DNA of 64,000 nucleotides from Bdellovibrionota bacterium (GTDB lineage Bacteria; Bdellovibrionota; FAC87; UBA2466; JACKAF01): NCBI GenBank assembly GCA_041391485.1, contig JAWKNY010000001.1, positions 5,877 to 69,876 of the forward strand, read 5' to 3'. Shown piece by piece: positions 58,470 to 64,000 of this stretch (position 1 is its first letter; each line of letters starts with the position of its first letter). The notes under the pieces were generated by a model. It saw only the letters and a program-made list of their open reading frames with translations, ran no database searches and was not told where the DNA came from. The position numbers and the translations under genes were made by a program.

Positions 58470-60242
58470 TTGCATAACGAGCTGCACGCACTTCTGGTCT
58501 TGCTGATTTCCGCGGTGCTTTTAGTGCCCATTTTTCGTTACTTTAAGTTGGGGGCCATCCTGGCCTATCTCTTTGCGGGCGTTCTCATCGGGCCGCAATG
58601 CCTGCAACTCATCGGTAATCCACACGCCATCCTGGCGTTCTCCGAACTGGGCGTCGTCTTTCTTTTGTTTTTGATTGGCCTTGAACTGGAACCCGCCCGA
58701 CTTTGGAACATGCGGCGGAGTGTATTTGGGATGGGGCTCTCTCAAATGCTAACGACCGGGCTTGCGCTGATGGGACTGGGTATCGCTGCGGGGTTTACGC
58801 CCAAAGCAGCTTTTATCGCGGGATTTGGTTTGGCGCTCTCGTCCACCGCCTTTGGGCTACAGATGCTGGAGGAGCAGCGGCAGCTGAAGACCCTGCACGG
58901 TCAGGGGGCCTTTTCCATTTTGCTCTTCCAGGATTTGGCAGTCGTCCCCCTCATCGCCCTGATTCCTTTACTGAGTGGGGTCGGAACCGCCGCAAGCTGG
59001 ACCGGTACACTCAGGGCGCTCGGTATGGTCGCGGCCTTTATCTTCGTGGGCTTGTACTTTATCCGGCACCTTTTTGAGTTCATCGCCCGCAGCCGCGTAC
59101 AGGAAGTCTTTACCGCCACTTCTATATTGATCGTCGTCGGTTCTGCCATCCTGATGGAGAGTGTGGGACTCTCCATGGGTACGGGCGCGTTTCTCGCCGG
59201 AGTTTTACTGGCCAACTCCGAATACAAGCACGAGCTGGAAATCAACTTGCAGCCCTTTAAGGGGCTGCTTCTGGGTTTGTTTTTCATGGCAGTCGGTATG
59301 TCGCTGGACCTTGGAGTACTGGTCTCCAAGCCCCAATGGATCGCACTCTCGCTTTTGGCCCTTCTTCTCATCAAAGGGATTCTTATTTTTGTCGTCGGGA
59401 GAGCGTTTGGTTTCCCCAAAGAAGCGGCCCGCAACATGGCCTTTATTCTTCCGCAAGGTGGAGAGTTTGCGTTCGTGCTCTTTGCCGCTGCCACGACAGC
59501 CGGCTTGCTATCCCCTGAGCACACGGCCGTCTTAAGTGCCGCGGTCACCCTCAGCATGGCCGCTACCCCTTTGCTGTTCGTATTAAACCAGCGCTTTCTG
59601 CGCTCCTTTTCGGAAGTGTCGGAACGCCCCTTCGATGTCGTCGACACCAAAGATACGGTCGTCCTCATTGCGGGCTTTGGGCGTTTTGGCCAAATCGTTT
59701 CCCGTTTTTTGCAGACTCAAGGCATTACATTCACGATTTTGGAACACAACGCTTCCCAGGTAGATGTGGCCAGACGCTATGGGCGCAAGGTTTTTTACGG
59801 AGATGCTTCGCGCAAAGACATGCTTGAGTCAGCAGGGGCTGCCAATGCTCAGGTTTTTGTCCTTGCCATCGACGACGCCGAAACTTCGATTCTGACGGCG
59901 AGGATGGTACGCGAGCATTTCCCTCACCTGCATGTCATTGCCCGCGCCCGAAACCGCCAGCACGCGCTCGAGCTGTTTGAACTCGGGATTGAGCAAGTAC
60001 ACCGGGAGACCTACCTCACGAGCCTGGAAGTCGCCAAAGAGGTTCTGCTCAAGCTTGGTGCACAACGGGAACAGATCAATAAAAAACTCGCTCTTTTCAG
60101 AAGCCACGATGAGCGGATCTTAAGAAAACAGCTCGCTTTTAAGGGCGATGAGAAGGGACTCATCTCGCTCTCCAACCAGGCGAATGCCGAGCTGGAAGAG
60201 ATTCTCCGGGAAGACCAAAGTACGCTCTCTGCCCAGCCTTAA
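58470..60242 (+). CDS. Glutathione-regulated K+ efflux antiporter (KefB/KefC family, CPA2 + KTN)
   Basis: GVVFLLFLIGLEL, LLFQDL, PFKGLLLGLFF, QGGEFAFV, IAGFGRFGQ. Confidence 0.95.
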   Translation: MHNELHALLVLLISAVLLVPIFRYFKLGAILAYLFAGVLIGPQCLQLIGNPHAILAFSELGVVFLLFLIGLELEPARLWNMRRSVFGMGLSQMLTTGLALMGLGIAAGFTPKAAFIAGFGLALSSTAFGLQMLEEQRQLKTLHGQGAFSILLFQDLAVVPLIALIPLLSGVGTAASWTGTLRALGMVAAFIFVGLYFIRHLFEFIARSRVQEVFTATSILIVVGSAILMESVGLSMGTGAFLAGVLLANSEYKHELEINLQPFKGLLLGLFFMAVGMSLDLGVLVSKPQWIALSLLALLLIKGILIFVVGRAFGFPKEAARNMAFILPQGGEFAFVLFAAATTAGLLSPEHTAVLSAAVTLSMAATPLLFVLNQRFLRSFSEVSERPFDVVDTKDTVVLIAGFGRFGQIVSRFLQTQGITFTILEHNASQVDVARRYGRKVFYGDASRKDMLESAGAANAQVFVLAIDDAETSILTARMVREHFPHLHVIARARNRQHALELFELGIEQVHRETYLTSLEVAKEVLLKLGAQREQINKKLALFRSHDERILRKQLAFKGDEKGLISLSNQANAELEEILREDQSTLSAQP

Positions 60243-60311
60243 AATTTACCTTATCTTTAATAGATTACCGGGCGCGTTCTGGTATACCTCTCGCCGATCG
60301 TAGTTTTTTAC

Positions 60312-61355
60312 ATGCGTAACTCTATTCTATTTTTACTGCTTATCGCAGGGCCGGCGAGCTTTGCGGCCGAAGTTTTGCCTACCTCCTACGAAGAGCGGGA
60401 GCGAGATAGTGCACGCGCGCTACCGAGCGGGACCTGCCTGGCCCAAATTGCAAGCTGGGCCATGCGCGCGAATCGCCTACTGGGCCTTAGCCTTCCGGAC
60501 GCGCTGACGACGGTACGCCTGGAGCCGACCGTCGGTCGTCCAGGACTGCTGACCTCCACGAAAGCCGGCAGCAGCGAGAATTTTTCTAAAAACCAGCTTG
60601 AGGCAGCACGCTTTTTTGGCAGCTGGTACCGCGGGCTTCGACGGATGAGCTACTTGGACATGCTCCGCGCGCAACACAAGATCGCTTGTCTAGGTAAACA
60701 TGGGGACACTCCGTACCAAACGACAAACGCGGGAGCGACCTACGACACTCGCAACATTGAGCCGGGCAAGCTGCGGATGGACATCAAAACGGGGCCGCTT
60801 GCCGGACGGCAACCCACGGTAGAAATAGAAGGATCCGAGGAGCAGATCAATCGACTCAAAGCGCTGCTCGGTCTAGACATCGAGAAACGGGCCATCTGGG
60901 AAGTGGAGATGCCCCTCCTCTCCCCCGAGCATTTCCCTGAGGCCGTCGCCGATATCCACGGAAATGCCGTGCATTTCAGCCCTCCGCCAGATGAAATGGA
61001 GATCTACTTTATTAAGGCGGGGGAGCTGATGGAACTGCTTCAGTCCCTGCGCTGGTTCCCGCTCCGACGTATCCCCTCGGTCCGAAGTTGGGTAGTCGAT
61101 ACGCTTAGCGACTACTACCAGCTCACCGTGGTGGGTCTACCTTTCGTGCGTATCAACCACTCGCTACTCATGGGGCACGTGAACTATGTTCTCATGCTCC
61201 ATGGTTTTGAGCCGATCGAGCACGGGCTTTTGTATTACGACGCGGCTTTTCTCCCACCCCGGCTTTTCCGCGAAATTTTTAGGGGCGCGGTTTACAAAGC
61301 AAACCCGTGGATCCCCTTGGATCACCGCGACCCGTCCCGTCCCCGCTCTTTGTGA
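60312..61355 (+). CDS. Secreted protein with a non-canonical Fic/Fido-like motif
   Basis: Signal peptide MRNSILFLLLIAGPASFA; YYQLTVVGLPFVRINHSLLMGHVNYVLMLHGFEPI aligns with the Fic core fhy.f..iHPFxxGNGRxxRllmN.lL...Gy.Pi. Confidence 0.6.
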   Translation: MRNSILFLLLIAGPASFAAEVLPTSYEERERDSARALPSGTCLAQIASWAMRANRLLGLSLPDALTTVRLEPTVGRPGLLTSTKAGSSENFSKNQLEAARFFGSWYRGLRRMSYLDMLRAQHKIACLGKHGDTPYQTTNAGATYDTRNIEPGKLRMDIKTGPLAGRQPTVEIEGSEEQINRLKALLGLDIEKRAIWEVEMPLLSPEHFPEAVADIHGNAVHFSPPPDEMEIYFIKAGELMELLQSLRWFPLRRIPSVRSWVVDTLSDYYQLTVVGLPFVRINHSLLMGHVNYVLMLHGFEPIEHGLLYYDAAFLPPRLFREIFRGAVYKANPWIPLDHRDPSRPRSL

Positions 61356-61359
61356 TGAA

Positions 61360-61785
61360 CTAGCGCTTGTAAACAACCGTCAGGAGCATACCGCCCAAGA
61401 TGCCTTGAACGAGCGAGCCCAAACACCAAGCAACCAGAATCTTCACAGTGATGGGCGAAACGGCGAACTGAATCAAGTAAGTTCCGATGAAAAGGATTCC
61501 CATGAGAAGTCCGAACCTGACTCCTTCCATCATCCCTGTGCCTTCATAGCCCTTAATGAAAAGAAAGGTGAAGTACTTGGCGATAATCATTTGCCCAAGG
61601 AGCATGAAAAGAAAATACTTTTCCATCTCCGCTTCGGGCCGCCAAATGGAAGCCGTGGCGGCGTAATCGGGCTTCAGAATGATGCCGTGCAGAACAAAGT
61701 CTGTGGCAAAGATGAAGATGAACATGACAAAGACAGCGATCACAAACCGCGGAATATTGATGTCTTTCAAAAATGCATTAATCAT
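61360..61785 (-). CDS. Small 4-TM membrane protein (DUF1761-like)
   Basis: Four hydrophobic segments, EGVRFGLLMG; RBS and a TATAAT -10 upstream (61813-61818, minus strand). Confidence 0.7.
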   Translation of the reverse strand: MINAFLKDINIPRFVIAVFVMFIFIFATDFVLHGIILKPDYAATASIWRPEAEMEKYFLFMLLGQMIIAKYFTFLFIKGYEGTGMMEGVRFGLLMGILFIGTYLIQFAVSPITVKILVAWCLGSLVQGILGGMLLTVVYKR

Positions 61786-61945
61786 TGGAGGCCCCCTCTA
61801 TTAAGTTGCCCTATTATACAACACGCTAGCTAAAACGCTGCCCGGTTGTACGCTGAGCCCCGCGTCACAAGTAGGACAAAGGTCCTGTTTCCCGCGCGCA
61901 ACATCAATAGCGTAAAATTAAAGAAACTCTTAATCAGGAGAATCC

Positions 61946-63781
61946 ATGCGACGGGTAATTTTCTGGCTGGCCATTTTTGCGATGGCGAGATCACTAGCGG
62001 CAGTTGAAGTCCCAAGTTCCATCAAGCAAAAGTATGCGTACCTCTACCGCTTGCCGGTCACGACCAACGCCGATGGCTCCAAGAGTTTCCACAACGGCCG
62101 ACTATTTCTGCGTGAGGGGATCCGCGTATTAGCCCTCAAGGGGGATCGTTTCGAAATGGGGTTCCAGCACGGGCGATTGCTGCATCTGGAGTCGCAACGA
62201 GGCGCACTCGCGATGGCTCCAAAACTTGTCCCAAACATTATTGAGAATACCTATAGCGGAAAACCACTCATGAAGGTTATCGCCAAACGCTACGTCGATA
62301 ACTTTGTGACCGGCAAACTCACCCAGCACCTTATTGGAATGGGTGGAGACTCCCAGCTCGCCGACGCGTACGGCATCTCCGAAGGCGCCCACGTCGCGTT
62401 GGATGATGTGGTTCAAGGCCTACTCAATCCGGATGTCTTGATGATTCTAGCGGCGAGAAATCTCGACAGCGAAGAGTCCATGATTTCAAGCCCCAGCCAC
62501 TGCAGCGACTTTGCCGTTTGGGGAGATTATACGGAGGACGGCGAACTCATTATTGGAAGAAACATGGACTTTGGGCTCAACGGCTACTACGACCGCTACC
62601 CCACCGTTATCTACTTTGATTCGACGGAAGACGATATTCAAAAGTACATGGCAATCATCTCCGCTGGCGTACACAACGCGGGCTTTCAGGCAATAAACGA
62701 ATCGGGGATCTTTGTGGGGGTGCATACAATCCCTACAACGGAAACGAACATGGAAGGGGTACCGGCTTTTCTATTGGCTTCTGAAGTTATCCGCCATGCA
62801 AAAACTTTCGACGAGGCAGCGGATATTTTTAAGCTCTACCATGTGCCGTCGGGCTACGCGTATACCCTGGTGAGCACGCGGGAAAAGAAAGCTGCAGCCG
62901 TCGAGCTAAGCGGTGCCCACACCTTTGTGCGGATGTCTTCGGGTGGGAAGCACATCCAAACCAACCAGTACCTGTCGCCGGAGATGGAGAAGAAGAATCT
63001 CTACATCAACCACTCCGTCGATGAAGATAGCATCGGACGCTACAAGCGCATCGAGGCGATGCTTGAAAGCCAAAAGCCGCTCGCCGGCCCCAAAGAAGCG
63101 ATGCAGGTACTTGGCGACAAGGTGGATGTTTTTTCCGCCAATGGGACGGCCCGAAGCATCGGCAATACCGTCGCGGTCCACACCTCTATTACTAGCCTTG
63201 TTTATTTACCAGCACAGGGGAAAGTCTTTGTTGCGAACGGCATGGCCCCGACTTCACAGAGCACCTTTGTGGAGTTCCCAAGCATTGAGGAGTTTTCAGT
63301 AGAAAGCTTTCCTACAAGCGCTTACGAGAAGATCGAAAACGACGACTTCAAAAAAGAATACCCAAATAAAGCACTCGCGGAACAGGCTTTTATCCAGGCC
63401 AAAATGGCCTACGAATACCACGACAACGTGCCAGCCGCGCGCGCTTCACTCCGCCAAGCGACCGGGCTTGAGACTGACAACCCGTTTTTATTCATCTTGC
63501 AAGGCATCTTTGAACTCAAAATGGGGTATCTCGGCGAAGCTCAGAAAGCCTTCCGGCTCGCTTTGCAATCACAGCCGGCTCGCCACCAAAAGCAGCTCGC
63601 GCAGTATTACCTGGGTCGAATTTACGCGCACTGGGGTTATACGGGTTCCGCTTTGCAGCAGTTTTATGAGGTTCTGAACGCGGAAGAGGCCGATCCCAAG
63701 CTCTTTGACGCAGCCCTGGTTGCCTACCAAAAGACCCGCAAGTGGGTAGCCTTAAGCTACGCATCGACAAGCTTGCGGTGA
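61946..63781 (+). CDS. Secreted C45-family Ntn hydrolase with C-terminal TPRs
   Basis: Signal peptide; MGFQHG; HCSDFAVW...IIGRNMDF (Cys nucleophile); TPR-like AQYYLGRIYAHWG; AGGAG RBS. Confidence 0.88.
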   Translation: MRRVIFWLAIFAMARSLAAVEVPSSIKQKYAYLYRLPVTTNADGSKSFHNGRLFLREGIRVLALKGDRFEMGFQHGRLLHLESQRGALAMAPKLVPNIIENTYSGKPLMKVIAKRYVDNFVTGKLTQHLIGMGGDSQLADAYGISEGAHVALDDVVQGLLNPDVLMILAARNLDSEESMISSPSHCSDFAVWGDYTEDGELIIGRNMDFGLNGYYDRYPTVIYFDSTEDDIQKYMAIISAGVHNAGFQAINESGIFVGVHTIPTTETNMEGVPAFLLASEVIRHAKTFDEAADIFKLYHVPSGYAYTLVSTREKKAAAVELSGAHTFVRMSSGGKHIQTNQYLSPEMEKKNLYINHSVDEDSIGRYKRIEAMLESQKPLAGPKEAMQVLGDKVDVFSANGTARSIGNTVAVHTSITSLVYLPAQGKVFVANGMAPTSQSTFVEFPSIEEFSVESFPTSAYEKIENDDFKKEYPNKALAEQAFIQAKMAYEYHDNVPAARASLRQATGLETDNPFLFILQGIFELKMGYLGEAQKAFRLALQSQPARHQKQLAQYYLGRIYAHWGYTGSALQQFYEVLNAEEADPKLFDAALVAYQKTRKWVALSYASTSLR

Positions 63782-63817
63782 TGATGCAGCAAGCAGACAT
63801 GCAGCACTACTAGCTTC

Positions 63818-64000
63818 ATGAAAATTCTTCTCATCGCGATTGGCACACAAGGGGACATGCAGCCTTTTGTTGCCGTCGGCAAAGGCCTCAAAGCACGCGG
63901 GCATGAGGTCACCGTCTGCACGCACGACTGCTTTGAGTCTTTTGTCAGACGCCACGATCTTGAGTGTTTTCCTATTAGCAGCGACCTGCAAGCCTTCATG
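63818..64000 (+). CDS. GT1/GT28-type glycosyltransferase, N-terminus only (runs off window; absent from ORF track)
   Basis: MKILLIAIGTQGDMQPFVAVGKGLKARGHEVTVCT is the classic N-terminal motif. Confidence 0.88.
   Translation, partial: MKILLIAIGTQGDMQPFVAVGKGLKARGHEVTVCTHDCFESFVRRHDLECFPISSDLQAFM

Overview
Bacterial genomic window, most likely from a Bdellovibrionota/Oligoflexia-like organism. This is inferred from the hybrid kinase, the cNMP/pseudo-receiver protein and many orphan secreted proteins, not from a marker gene. Sequence quality is patchy. Most genes at ~12.3-36.1, ~38.7-42.2 and ~44-50.3 kb, including housekeeping genes (clpS, clpA, frmA, dus, srkA), are broken by single-base indels. 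Genes at 10-12, 36.1-38.7, 42.2-43.9 and most of 51-64 kb are intact. This looks like long-read error rather than decay, so coordinates of broken genes are approximate. Main points: (1) a >1000-aa protein with at least 12 tandem ~80-aa HNH-associated-repeat-like modules, running in from the left edge; (2) a tightly coupled five-gene operon: 'thermostable hemolysin' family, AMP ligase, heme-oxygenase-like diiron enzyme, peptide/hotdog-thioesterase fusion and membrane hybrid kinase, a candidate small-molecule synthesis plus sensing system; (3) two copies of a REP-like palindrome; (4) a PilZ domain running into an ABC ATPase; (5) a DUF1611/epimerase (DgcN/DgcA-like) pair; (6) a secreted protein with a non-canonical Fic motif. 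No CRISPR array, rRNA, tRNA, integrase or transposase was recognised.
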